Of a DNA stretch of 64,000 bases, positions 51,181 to 64,000 are shown one piece after another. Position numbers and translations under genes: made by a program. Source of the DNA: Lytechinus pictus (taxonomy: Eukaryota); NCBI RefSeq assembly GCF_037042905.1, contig NC_087251.1, forward strand, positions 31,870,001 to 31,934,000, in the 5' to 3' direction. How positions within the stretch are numbered: position 1 is the stretch's first letter; every line of letters starts with the position of its first letter. A model generated the notes under the pieces. The model worked only from the letters and a program-made list of their open reading frames with translations, was not told where the DNA came from and ran no database searches.

Positions 51181-54100
51181 TTAATGATTTCACTAAAATT
51201 TTTGATCTAAATTTGAAATGTGAATAGAAGTTATTACACAGATAGTAAATGAATAATATTGATTTAACTGGTGACATTTCTTATATAATCTATTGTTTCT
51301 TTGTGGATAGTTTTTGAGCATATACAGTGTGTTACAGAAAAGCAAATGATAAATTGAAATGAGCATGTATGTATCCTGCAATTTTTTTAATACCAAAGTG
51401 TGCATTATGTGAATGTTGACGGCATAGATTTACCTCATATTTTTTTATTCTGTTTATTGCTATGCAGATACATTATACAATACTTGAAACTGTATCCCAA
51501 GAAATTGACTGTATACGAATATAGATAATAAAGAGATATTCAATGCAATAATAAAGTAAGACTTAAAAAAACATTAATGAAACTCTTTATTTACGGCTTT
51601 TCCTTTTGCAGAGATGTTTGGAATGTTGAGGGGGTTGTTATGGCCTCTGATGTAGAAAAGTTTTTCTTTTTATGTTAAAATCATTAGTGAGTTTTACTGT
51701 TTATTCTATTGAGTTAAAAGTTAAAGTTACAAATTTGTTTCAAAATTTGTGTTGTGGCTTTCATAGTTGCAAAATTACTTGCAAAATTGCCTTAGAAATA
51801 AGTTCTTTTCAGGCTCCAGATCTCAATAAATATCAAATTGACTGCTTTTTTTTTCATTCTTGCCAAAATGGAACATCAGGAAATATATCAGAACAAAGAG
51901 AATGTATGCATTGAATAATTTTCATAAGATGTCATATTATATTTGTTTTCTGATATAAGACTGTAATGTTAGGCAGCTTGAAGGGGATATACTATATCAT
52001 GATTTGATGATAGTGATCATTTTCAAATGATATGATCAGGGCCCCCGTCTTACAAAGAGTTACAATCAATCTGATCAAACTCAAGTATATAGAAATCCAT
52101 CAATACCATCATTTTTTTCTTCAGGAAATTTTGTACAATGTCATGTGTAAACAAAAAATACTGAATTGTCAAGAAAACAGTGAATATAGGAATATACATC
52201 ATATCTACAAAAAATATTGTTAACAAACAAGTGTTTTAGATGTTGACATTGCTGGCTTTCCATAGCTGTGGTTGATTGGATCAATTGTAACTCTTTGTAA
52301 GACAGGGCCCAATTATTGAATCTTGCTTTGTTGTAGCATTCATACTGGTAATTGTTCTTTAGGTAATATCACTTAAAAAATTGTTTAATCAATCTCTACC
52401 ATTTGAATTTTTTCTGCAAAGGGTCAAGTCAAGCATATATTAAACTGATGAATAGTAGGTTTTTCATGGTATGAATAACATAATTTATACATTGGAGCAA
52501 ATAATTTTTTTAAATAGATCTGATGAGATTTTTAATCCTTTTCACCATAAATTATAGAGCCAAAAGATGGATAAGATTTAATTTTGATTTATGATTCAGA
52601 ATGTTAGATCTGGCAACAACGGAGGTATATGTTTTCACCGCATTCAGTTGAAAATTATTTCAAAATTCTTTGTGTTTATATTACTTTTCTCTTTTTTTTG
52701 TAAAAAAACAAAGTAACTATTGAAATTATTGAACTATTAAAAATGAACCGTTAATAATGATAACTTAATCTTCATTTGAAAAGAAAATAAATACTGATGA
52801 ATGTTGTTATATCTTTATTATTTTCTAATAAAATAATTGAACCCGGTATATCAAGGTTGTAATTGTTTCTGTTATAAGATATGTTATCGGTGTATTGTGA
52901 AAAAAATGAGGTGTTTTGCATGGCGAAAGTACATTAAACCGTATCAGGAAATATCTCTTTCTGATAAGGTTACTAATCAAATGTTACTTGTCATTTTTTT
53001 TTATTGAGCAAGGGTGTGCATTGCAATATCAAATTTGATTTTTATTCACCCTAAAGATGAATATATATATGATTAGTTTTGCAAATCATTAGCATTAGAA
53101 CAATCCCTGAAGGGTTTCCTTCAGTTAAAAGAAATATATAATCTAAACATACCACAAAAGGTTACATCCTCAAAATCAAATGATTTAATTTTTTATTAAA
53201 AATTTGTTTGTTCTATGACTTGGTCGAATGTTCCTACACTAATTGACAAACTTCTGTAAAAATTAAATTGATATGTTGGGTCATTTTGGAAGCACATATA
53301 TATTGTAGAATATCATTGTATTCCGAGTCAGAAGACATTTCTGAATTTATTAAATTTTTTTAACTTGATGAATATTCAAGTGATGTAGTTGATTATTATA
53401 AATTGCTATACAAATTGTTGAGCAGAATTTTAGGCGAAATTTCTTATCTCAAGCTCTCTTAATCCATCCAATTTTGTTTGTTAGTAGTTGTGCATAGTAT
53501 CTGTTCAAGATAATGAGCGATTGATTGAAATAAATGGCAAAAAACGCTAGGACTAATTTGAATGTATATTTTTTATCGGGTATGAAATATTTCCTTTCAA
53601 GCTCTAAAAAATAGCAATCTGTCTCTATGTGCTCGCTCATTGTGTAGCTTACAAGATGAATTTCAATTTTATACAAAAGTTAGTAAATAAGTTTAGAAAC
53701 ACTTCAACCAAGTTGAAGGTTGGTTTCGCAACTGCGATGCAGAATGCTTTCGAGAACATAGAGAATGTATTGTCAAATGCCCGTCATGACAATGAAGTCT
53801 TTGTCGAGGGTTGGTAAATTGAATCAGCAATTTCGTCCCAGTGGATAAATGACATATTTGCAATTTTTCCTCAGCTCCAAAACTTAAAATGAAAGTGCGG
53901 TTCCGATTCATCAATTTTGGACAAAGACCTCCCTGCTTTTCATATTTGGCTTCCATTTTCAGTGCATTTGCTGTGTTCTATGATTCGTTTTGCGTCGAGG
54001 TGCAAAATTTCCCTTCTGGCGCATTTCCGACGGCGGTGGCATCGTAATCACGAATCTTAACCAAGGTATAGTGTTTGAAATTCGCCATATAACTGAGAAA

Positions 54101-57100
54101 GTATATGGACCTATTTCATGATTTTATTGCACGAGTTTCAGGTCACATGACCAAGGTCAAAGGTCATTTACTGACAATGAGTTTTGACTATGTTTTTGTA
54201 TCAAAATAGATCTTAAGCGCAACGTGCAGTTTTTGAAATGCCATAACTTTTAAAGTAACTTGTATAGTTATCATGAATTAAACTTAACATTACAGTATTC
54301 ATGCAAGTATCACGATGATCGTCTTGCATGAGTTCGAGGTGACATAATTAAGGTCAAACTTTATTTAGGGTCAATTAACTTTGACCATATTGGGGTATTT
54401 ATTGAAATGTCATAACTTTGAAAGTTTATTGATCTCGTTCATTGAAATTTGGACAGTAATCAAGAATTACTGCATGCATCGATTTCCACGAATTTGAGGT
54501 CATATAATCTAGGTCAAAAGTAAATTAGGGTCAATGAACTTCAATGTGGTTCTACCATTTAAATCTTTAATAACCAAGGTTTAGTTTTATAGAAATGCAT
54601 GCAATCATATAGAAAAATATGTTGCTCTTCGCGCTTGATTCATTTATTTTTCTAGATTTTAGTGAGATTCATATCCTCTTCACAATTTTTCTACATGCGA
54701 CACGGTGCTCAAAATGTTCCCTTTTGCGCCAGTATATTGGGGGGAAAAAGATTGCACTTCGTTCTCGCATTAATTGTTGACATCCATATAGATCATTCTT
54801 CATTTAAGAACATGCTTAGAATATCCAGTTTTGAAATCAGAAATAAAACATCTTCGATATAGGTCCCCGCCATGATTACAAAAAGTGCTTGGCATGTCCC
54901 GTTTTCAGTCTAAATCTTAAAATAAAACAGAAAAAAAAATCAGTTCGTTGTTATAAATCATTACGTATAACGAAGTCAGACAGATTAGAAGTCTATACGG
55001 TACCTAGAAGTTACATCCAACCGGATAGACCTTCTTCCCACTCTGATCCTGTCTGACATATGACTAGCGTATTACTCGCTGATTAACATGCCAGTCAGTT
55101 TCTCTTCGAATTGATAAAAATAGGTTGGTCGTTTGAGAACAACAAAAAAAAAGACCCCCAAAAAATGAAATACAAAGATTCTGAGAGTCGTTACATGATA
55201 AATGCAGTACACTAAACTTTAAAGGAGCTGAGTCCATCCAACAAAAAAGTTTAATTGAAGGAGAAAATTAGACAATAATTTTAAGCATAACATGAAAATT
55301 TAATCAAAATCGGAGATAAATTTAAGAGAGTTATGATATTTCAAAGTTTTAATCAATTTCGCAAAACAGTTACTTGCACATCCTGGCAAATGAGGGGACC
55401 GGTGACATTATATTCACTCACTATTTATTTTTGTATGTTATCATGAAATATATCTCATCATTGACACGTGAACAAAATCGAATTCCTCCCTGAACATGCG
55501 AATTGTACATGTATAGTATGTGATTCAAATCAATTGTTTTCTCGGGTGGACTTCAAAATTTAATTCAGGTCGTACAAACAGAGACAGGTGGCAAGGACAC
55601 ATTATACGAAGCAGAGGACGAACAAATTCAATAGATATGAGGGAGATATCGAAGAAAAATGGGGGCATATTAATTCTAAAACAATTTTTATTTTGCGCAC
55701 CCGTGATAATATCAATGGCCCTGGGAAGCGGGGGTGCTACGTTTATTATTTTCCATAGACAACTACACACGGCCCTGGAATTCTGATAGGTGTGTAAAAT
55801 TGAAAAAATGTATGGAAATTGCCAACATATTGCGTTGAAACCTTTTTTCCTTTTTTTATTGTCAAATTTACTCAAGCACCCCCAGCAAAAAAAAAAAATC
55901 GTTCCCATGGCCCTTATAATATCGATTTGGGCAGTTTTAAATGCAGACTCTTTACTCATGCAGTCTTTGCTATCATGAACGTTATATTTACTTTTTTATC
56001 CATAGAATCTCACATGTTTTCTCTCTCCCGTTTAATTTGATTGACAGCCTTTTCAAGGGGTTCGGACTTAGAGGTGACTTTATTATTTTTACAACGAAAA
56101 CTTTAATATCATTATCATGGCTACAAAACTCACCTGCCTACTGGCAATGCATTCCTCAACTTCTTTTCCTTATTTTTAAAACAAATTTTCTCTCCATTTT
56201 TCTTCGTGACATCGCCTTATGTTTCATCTTTTATAATGCTGCTTTCATGCGGGGTTTCATACACCATTTTTGTAAAGCCCCCACAATGTTAAAGAAAACT
56301 AACTTGACAGACGGAAATCAAGGGAGAGCGAAAAACCCTTTCTTTTCAGGATTTCACTCCCTCAAAACTATTACTTGCGGACGAAGACTGTTTAATCTCG
56401 ACAATAGGCATATCAATTAAAAGTTTCACTTTTGAAAAAGTCCCCGAAATTGATTGCCAACAAAAATACAACATTGGGGTGGTATATTTTCACGTATATT
56501 CTTGGGCTTTGGTCTCATCTTTCAGATGAAATTATAATTCTTGACAGAATGTATACGCTTAAGTGAACACTGTCCATTATTCTCAAAGCTTGCAGAAATT
56601 CGGTTTGCGCCAAACATGAAAACTAGCTGTACTGTACTGTGCGGTACTAGCTTTTTCTCTTTTGGGGGCATTTTAGTCTATGTAAATAAAAGCAGGTAAC
56701 TTTGGCATCCAGTATCCATGGTAACGCTAATCATCAGCCAATCAAAATCAAGGACTCCATTGCCATTGGATGCCAAAGTTACCATAATAGTAACTTTTAT
56801 GCAACGGGGCCCTGATACTTTATTTCTTTTTTAGGCATCTTTACTTGCCAGTATACATAACTTTTTGGTTGTTTGGTCGTATATATACCAATATACTCAG
56901 CTGTACATTTCTAAACACCCCCTTCCCAGAAAATCAAAGTCCATGCCCTTATATTTTGAGGCCCGTGGTTTGCAATATTATAAAAATTAAGAAAATAATA
57001 TGTTTTGGGGGTATATGTTATCAATTCAATTTCAATTCAATAGGGCGTAACATTAATTTCCAAAGGGTAAACATGAATAAAAACTAATCATGCTAATAAC

Positions 57101-57601
57101 GTATTAGTAGCGCGGATCCAGCCTTCGCCAATGGGAGGGGGGGGGGGGGGGTTTCAGCCACATTTTCCCCGCTCAAAATGTATTTTTGTGTGTTGGAAGG
57201 GGTAGTCCTAATAGTCACTTCTAAGCTTTATTCTTATAAATCAACATAAATATAATCTCATAAGCCTTTAATTACTTAAATAGTGCGAGCGCGAATCGCG
57301 AGCTATTTTTTATTTCATGTATTTTGTCCTAATTAATTTGAACATTCTGGGCAATGTTTGTGAACCTAAACAAGATGCGTATATAACTTAATAATTACTG
57401 CAAGCGCGAAGCGCGACTGAGCTGAAAAAAAATTGTGACCCCGACCTAAGAACTGGACATACGATTCTATATAGCCACTTTTTGTAATCATGAACAGGAT
57501 AGATATATAACTAAACAATTGATGCGAGCGAGAAAATGAGATTTACAGATTACAGTAGACCAAAAATGGGACACTTATTCATGTTTTGTAAATCGTTAAA
57601 A

Positions 57602-57902
57602 GGTGCGCCGTGGTGTAGCGGTTCTGACTCTCGCCTTGTAATCAGATGGGTCGTGTGTTCGAATCCCACCATGGCCTAGCGCCCTTTGGCAAGGCTTCAA
57701 TCCACACATTGCCACTCTCGATCACCCAGGTGCTAATTGGGTACCGGTAGGAAACAACCATTATTGTGGTTGGTTTAGCTTGAAATATGCTATGAATGCA
57801 TGCATATATGCAGTGACCGGGTAATAATAATTGTGAAGCGCTTTGAACAGTCGTAGATTGATAAAGCGCTATATAAATGCCAATTATTATCATTATTATT
57901 AT
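57602..57902 (+). mobile_element. Full-length tRNA-derived SINE with an L2-like 3' tail
   Basis: A box TGGTGTAGCGG, B box GTTCGAATCCC, core CACCCAGGTG...GGGTACC, tail AAGCGCTATATAAATGC(ATT)n. Confidence 0.8.
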
Positions 57903-57924
57903 GGGTAATTGATAATTTTCCTAT

Positions 57925-58940
57925 ACAGCGCGTTCCAAAAAAAAACGTCCCTCTGATATGCGGCTATATAAAGTACTTTCAAAAATAAAAATAAATCTCA
58001 ACGAAATGTATATAACTAGGAAGCTTATCTCATGTACTAACTTCTACGAAAATTTCATTGGTCTCGCTTCAGTGGTTTTGAATACACAGTCTGTTTGTAA
58101 CAGTGGTGCTTTGCAGCCCATTCCAAGTTTGCATGCATGCAGCACTGCTGTGTGTTCTGCACTTTCCAGCATATCAATCCCCTTTGACCATTTTGACCAA
58201 GGAAATTACCTGATCTGCCCAGGGAAATCTCCATGATCTAACCATGCAGGCTCATCAAATTACAACCTATATAGCATGTTCAGATACGAAGGGCAAAAAC
58301 AGTATTTGACAGATCATTTCATGTTTGATAATGGGGATGCACAGTGATTGAGATCGACAACAGTTCATGTCTGTTTCATGCCTAATTCCAACAATACATG
58401 TACTGCATTTTTGTTTTCATTACTTTTTTTTGTTACAAGCTACTGAGGTCAAGTTAATTCAATGTAACCTTTTAAAAGAAAAAAAGTCAAGTGTTTCTCT
58501 GGTAAAGTAGCTCGCAATAAAGGGTGATCAACTTGTGGATTCCCCTTTATTTTTCAGTTTATTTTACTCATCCATCAGTCACATTTTCATTCAAGTTGGT
58601 GCACAGCTGATTCCCTTTATCAATCAACAAACTTAATTTTTTAAAGTTTCTTGTCCTTCTGAAAGTACATGCCCAAGTTTATGATTTGACGAGCCTGTAT
58701 ATGATTAGGGAAATGTCTCTGCTCAGATCGATCCGCAGGATGTAAAAATGGGGGTTAACAGTATGCCATTGACAATGCAGAAATGCATCAATGCTGCAAA
58801 CTTGGAATGGGCTCAAATTCACCACTGTTCACGTAACAGAGTGTGTATTCAAAACCACCGAAGCGCGACCCATGAAATTTTCATAGAAATTAATTAGATC
58901 ATGAAGTGAGCTATTTCTCCTCATGAACATTTATTTGAGA
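57925..58940. mobile_element. Tc1-like fold-back element with long inverted arms; right end degraded
   Basis: TA-CAGCGCGT start; about 58030-58135 is the reverse complement of about 58790-58905 (AGCCCATTCCAAGTTTGCA / TGCAAACTTGGAATGGGCT). Confidence 0.55.
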
Positions 58941-59869
58941 AAATACATAAGACTTTGAGAATATATAAGCCTTATGAGAGCGCGAACTTTGTTGATATTA
59001 AGACCTGAAAATATGGACACTTTCGATCAGCACTTTGAAAAGGATGCATGCATGTATATTGGTCACATGTATTTTCTAACAGTGCGATCACGAATAATTG
59101 CTAGCCGAAATTAATGATAAAACCATAAAACTGTCATGAAAAGGGGAATTTTAAGTATAGTTTTCAAAATCAACTTATAGCTCACCATGATCCGCCTATA
59201 AAAAAAGCGTTTGCCATTTTCTTGTTTATTCATTAGCAAAAAAGAATGCCTATTGAAATTCCTGCATATAAATGTACCTCAACAAAAGTTCCAATGATAG
59301 ATGGACTCCCGCGCGGAGCGCGCGGAAAACCATAATTTTGTATATATACATACTATATATATAGATGTAAAAACCAAATTTTATACTGTATAAAAATTTG
59401 GTTAATTTGCCAATTTCTGCATATATAGTTTTCGTTCTTTTTGCACTTTTGCACAATTGGGGGCAAAACGCTATGATTGCCCCCAATTAATATTTTCGTT
59501 GGTGGGGTGATCGCCGCCTGCCGCGCTCCCCGCGGCCCCCAGGATCGACGCCTCTGTTGATCGTGATCGATCGGCACCGGCCCCGGCCGGCCATCAAAAA
59601 ATATAATTTGAGTGCCCCCCCCCCCCCCCCCCCCCCCTCCGGGGACCAGCCCTCGGACCAGCCCTATAGCTCCCACAAAGTGACCATTTAAAAGTATTTT
59701 GGCCTAAATATGCGAGAACCATTCTTTGGATGAAAATATTTGTATAGCATATGGACCTAGGCTATTGGTCCATGCAATAAACGACGCAATGGTTCTTTTA
59801 TTTACTTGCAGCATCAATAAACACAGAGCAAAAACTTTGGGCTAATTGGCTATCCACAATAAAGCATGC

Positions 59870-60036
59870 AGCTCGCGCATGCGTTACAGGTATGCACAGG
59901 ATCTCTAGATCACACAATTATCGTATTTATTCTGTTCAATATTTCATAGATGTTTGTACGCCAACTTCTTGGGCGCTTTCAAAGTGGGCAGGTTGTCAGT
60001 CATTTGAGGCGTTTTAGTAGTCAAAACTCAACAGCC
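59870..60036 (+). promoter_or_regulatory. Likely SELENOW promoter region with an NRF1-type site
   Basis: GCGCATGCG at 59875-59883, about 160 nt upstream of the ATG. Motif match only. Confidence 0.4.
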
Positions 60037-61955
60037 ATGGTTGTCAAAGTGAACGTAATTTATTGGTAAGAATGTAGAATTTCATATATTAATCACTTTA
60101 TACATCTCACTCGGCCAGAAACTAAGCAGTTCTGTGGCACTGTGCTGATGATTACCACGATGTTATACGGTAAATATAAAATACCGCCGGCGGTAGGCCT
60201 ACGTCTTCGACACCATATGATGCATGGCATGCACCAAATGCCGACCGTATACACGGTGCAGTGCCAGTGCAGTGGTGGCAGGAAAGTTGGGCTGAAGAAA
60301 GTTCATGGTTTAACCAAAGGCAACGTGTAGCATGTTAACGAAATACTCAAGTAGAAACCTATTGTTATTGTTAAGTCTTGACTCATAGTTCTTTTACTAT
60401 GTCTATGTTGCTAAAAGTAAAACAGTTAAAACTAAAAGTAAAATTATTTATGAGAAGCCAAACGTCAAAATTTGTTCACATGTCATGGTGTGTTTCTAAT
60501 GTTTACTGTGTGTTATTTTATAAAATATAAGTCTCACTTCAGTCTTTAATGGTGAAGTCTGAAGACACTCATCTTAGATCTATTTATCCTTCTCAGAAGA
60601 ATGATTAGAGAGTCAAATGAGCTGCTACTTTTTTGCTAGTGAGACTGTATAGTACATTGAACTTAAAGGGATGGTCCGGGCTGAAAGTATTTATAGCTTA
60701 ATAAATAGAGTAGAATTGACTGAGCAAAATGCCGAAAATTTCATCAAAATCGGATAACAAATTATAAAGTTATTGAAGTTTAAAGTTGAGCAATATTTTG
60801 TGAAAACAGTCGTCATGAATATTCATTAGGTGGGCTGATGATGTCACATCTCTACTTTCCGTTTTCTTATGTTATTACATAAAATCATTATTTTTTCATT
60901 ATTTCATACTTGTGTGAAAAATATGTCTCCCTTATAATGAAATAAGTTGCAGCAATAAATATCTAATGCACTAATTCAGTTGTCATTCCAATTTTTCTAC
61001 TTCTTGGAGGAAAAAATTTGAATAAACCTCATTTCATATAATAAAATACAAAAGAACAAGTGTAAAATATGATATTATTTTCTGAATATGTCAAAATCTA
61101 TCACAAAATTTGATATTGTAATAAAAAGTGGGAATATTTGCGTGCTCGCTTCGCTCGCTCACAACTTTTTAATACATTTTACCCGATCTGCCATATCTAG
61201 CTCCTTCAAAATTGACTCAATACACCATTGCCATTGAAAGACATGAATCCCTTCCCGTTTGTCCTGTCAAGCATATAATTAAACTTGAAAAATTGATTTA
61301 ATGTTGTAAATCGGATAATTAAATAATTCTCATCGATCACGGGTCAATGAACGATCGGCGGGACATCTTTTATAAGTATTTTTAGGTGCTAGCGATTTAT
61401 AATTATTGGAATAATCTCTTGATCTCGTACGATGCATCATCTTAAAGTCGCAAGTGCAATTAAAACGTAGTAGAAGTCGCAAGCATGCGCGATGATTCGG
61501 AACATGTTATTAAAATGTTTTGAGGAGCCTATCTTATTTATTGCTAATAAGTAATAGGGGTCTAGTAAATTCTGATTTTGTATTTGTTTTCTTTGTTTAA
61601 ATAGTATAATTTTACCTTTTACTATCGACATTGTATACATGTTAAGGACACCACTGGAAATAAGCTTTCCAGCTTTCGTGGGTCATTCTCACCCTGTGCA
61701 AGCCTGTTATTTTAATGCTACTGTATATGTTGTGGTGACTTGCCAAATAAAGTCAATAAAATAATCAGTTTGTATTGCAAAATTTTAAATCATGTTCAAA
61801 ACAGTATTGTAAAAAAAAACAGTCAAATAACCTAAGAAAGTAAAGAAAGTACATGTAGACTCTAGATTCTAATCCGTGTATTTATGTCTCATGATGTTAA
61901 TTATAATATTTCTCTAATTTTCTTTTGCAGTGGTGGATGAGGGTACAGGCCCAAG
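60037..61955 (+). CDS. SELENOW: Selenoprotein W-like (Rdx family), 5' part only: exons 60037-60065 and 61931-61955, with in-frame TGA (Sec) at 61938-61940
   Basis: GCCATGG start; 29-nt exon ending TG|GTAAGA; 25-nt exon between ttttgcag and AAG|GTAAGT. Spliced translation MVVKVNVIYCGG-U-GYRPK matches the SelW V-x-Y-C-G-x-U-G-Y-x-x-K motif. The remaining exons and SECIS were not found in the window. Confidence 0.9.
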
Positions 61956-63001
61956 GTAAGTACCATTAATACTGAAATGTAAAAAGTGTTTATAGAATCT
62001 TCAGTTGAAAGTAAGCAGAACACAAAATTTACACAATTTTCAGGAAACATAATTTCCTGACAAAAAAGTCTGAAGTTCAAAAAGTATGGTAAGGTTAGGT
62101 GCCCCTTGTCTGCGCGATTTTAGCAATAGAAGATACGCAGCGACCACAGAATTTACACATTCAATACATAGAAGATATTCATTAAAAAATCTGACTCAAA
62201 ATGGTGGAATAATAGTGAATTTCGGGCATTTCATGTTACAGCCTCAAAATGTAGCCTTTCTCATCAAAATCCCCATATCATGTGTATTAAAAGTGAATGG
62301 GTGCCCAGACATGGGGCACCATTTTTTGTTCAATCTGAAAATGACTGGCCAAGGTCTTTTTTTCCAAGAAAATCACATTTCTTTCAAATTTTTATGAGAT
62401 TTTTGGCACACTTACTAATAAAGGTTAAGTCCACTTCAGAAAAATGTTGATTTAAATCAATAGAGAAAAATCAGACAAGCATAATGCTGAAAATTTCATC
62501 AAAATCGGATGTAAAATAAAGTTATGACATTTTGAAGTTTCACTTATTTTTCACAACATAGTTATATACACAATTTAGTCGCATGCAAATGAGAGAATCA
62601 ATGAAGTCCCTCACTCACTATTTCTTTTGTTTTTTTATTGTTTGAATTACACAATATTTCAATTTTTACGGATTTGAGAATGAGGACCAACTTGACTGAA
62701 CCATAAAATGTTAAACAATGGTAGTTCCACATGTTCAGGGGGAAATGAGGAGAAAATTAGAATATTTCATATTTCATACAATAAAATACAAATGAAAGAG
62801 TGAGTGAGTGATGTTATCAGTTCCGTCATTTGCATACCGACCGGGATGTGCATATAACTGTTTTGTGAAATTAAGCGAAACTTAAAATGTCATAACTTTC
62901 TCATTTTACATCCTATTTTGATGAAATTTTCAGTGTTGTGTTTTCTCTTTTTATTCAAATCAACTTTTTGTTGGGGTGAACAGACAGTACTTGTCCGTTA
63001 A

Positions 63002-63811
63002 CCCTAATTCTCCGGGGGGGGGGGGGGCCATAATGCCCCCCCCCCTCGATAATTTTCGCGATATATCTGCTGCGCAAAATTTTTTGACCTGGCCGGCTGG
63101 CCGCTCACTGACTTTTTACTTTCAAGTCTCGCGCAAATTTTTTAGACCAAATTTGTGACGCCCGGGTACGCGGTTACGACATTACACAACATTATGTAAG
63201 CATGTCAGACCCAAAATTGCTCATAAACGTGATTTCATCTACAAATCCAATGCAAATTGTGTATTTAGCCAAAATTCACAAATGTATTTAGCCAAAATTC
63301 ACAAATGTATAATTATTTCTACTTTTACTGATTAAACTTAATTAATTTTGCCTTGTTTATGATCAGAATTAAGTCTGGAACGATTTCCACCGTAAAAACA
63401 ATAAAAAAACATAAAGTAAAAAACAAAGAAATACATTAGAAATTAAAAAAAACAATAAAATACATAAGAAATTGGTCTTGGTACCAGAATTTTTCTATTC
63501 ACAATTGTTAGGAATGCTCTAAAGAATATTTTCACCAAAAAATAGCATTCTAGGAGCTTTATTTAGTGAATCAGAGCAAAAAGTATGATTTCATGAATAA
63601 ATTAGCATAATTAATTCATATAAAATAAAAATATATGAATTCAGTGAAATTTACCAATGCAACTGCGTAGATTACGTCATTCTCTACCATCATGCAAATT
63701 TTCGTTGTGATCGCGCAATCCGCGGCTGAGATCTTAAGGGGGGGTCATAATGCCCCCCCCCCCCCCCCCCCCGGGAATTACAAGAATCAAAATACCCCGG
63801 GAGATTTAGGG
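63002..63811. mobile_element. piggyBac-like MITE in SELENOW intron 2
   Basis: TTAA-CCCTAATTCTCC...GGAGATTTAGGG-TTAA. Confidence 0.8.
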
Positions 63812-64000
63812 TTAAGAATTAAGAATATGAACATTATCAACTGAAAATTTTTGGGAAATAAAAAGAAATTCATGTTAAATCTTAACTTCAATAGTTAAGC
63901 GCGCAGACATGGCCCCCTTCATACATTGAAATAATGAAAAGCAAAGAAATATTGTTTTGAAAAAAAAATCTGCCCATCAAATCTGTTTGCTGTGTTGCTC

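Noticed and set aside
53629..54000. Coding-like CpG-containing patch
   Set aside because: Short frames broken by stops; no family recognised; possibly a decayed transposon.
55941..56420. 159-aa ORF and neighbouring coding-like sequence
   Set aside because: No recognisable motif in the frames I read; no supported splice partners.
57602..57675. Possible tRNA gene (also 33005-33076)
   Set aside because: A/B boxes are present but the cloverleaf is imperfect and the sequence continues into a SINE body and tail.

Overview
Eukaryotic, AT-rich, repeat-dense animal genomic DNA. An echinoderm such as a sea urchin is my best guess, inferred from the presence of TPC3 and the repeat styles. Three intron-containing genes were assembled by hand, all on the + strand. 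(1) ISCA2, mitochondrial Fe-S cluster assembly: 4 coding exons, 7082-16745, 163 aa. (2) Two-pore channel 3 (TPC3/TPCN3): 19 coding exons, 25701-49486, 858 aa; its frame closes only if intron 46242-46624 is a minor-spliceosome (U12) AT-AC intron. (3) The first two coding exons of a selenoprotein W-like gene (60037-61955, MVVKVNVIYCGG-U-GYRPK), with an in-frame TGA in a 25-nt micro-exon; the gene runs off the window and is absent from the ORF track. The rest is non-autonomous transposons: hAT-like elements with 8-bp TSDs (one only 56 bp), TTAA fold-back MITEs, piggyBac-like MITEs, Helentron/DINE-like elements with tandem arrays, and tRNA-derived SINEs, plus simple repeats. Most entries in the ORF track look spurious. 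I found no wholly new system. The standouts are two known but non-canonical decoding events (UGA read as Sec, AT-AC splicing) and several odd repeat structures.
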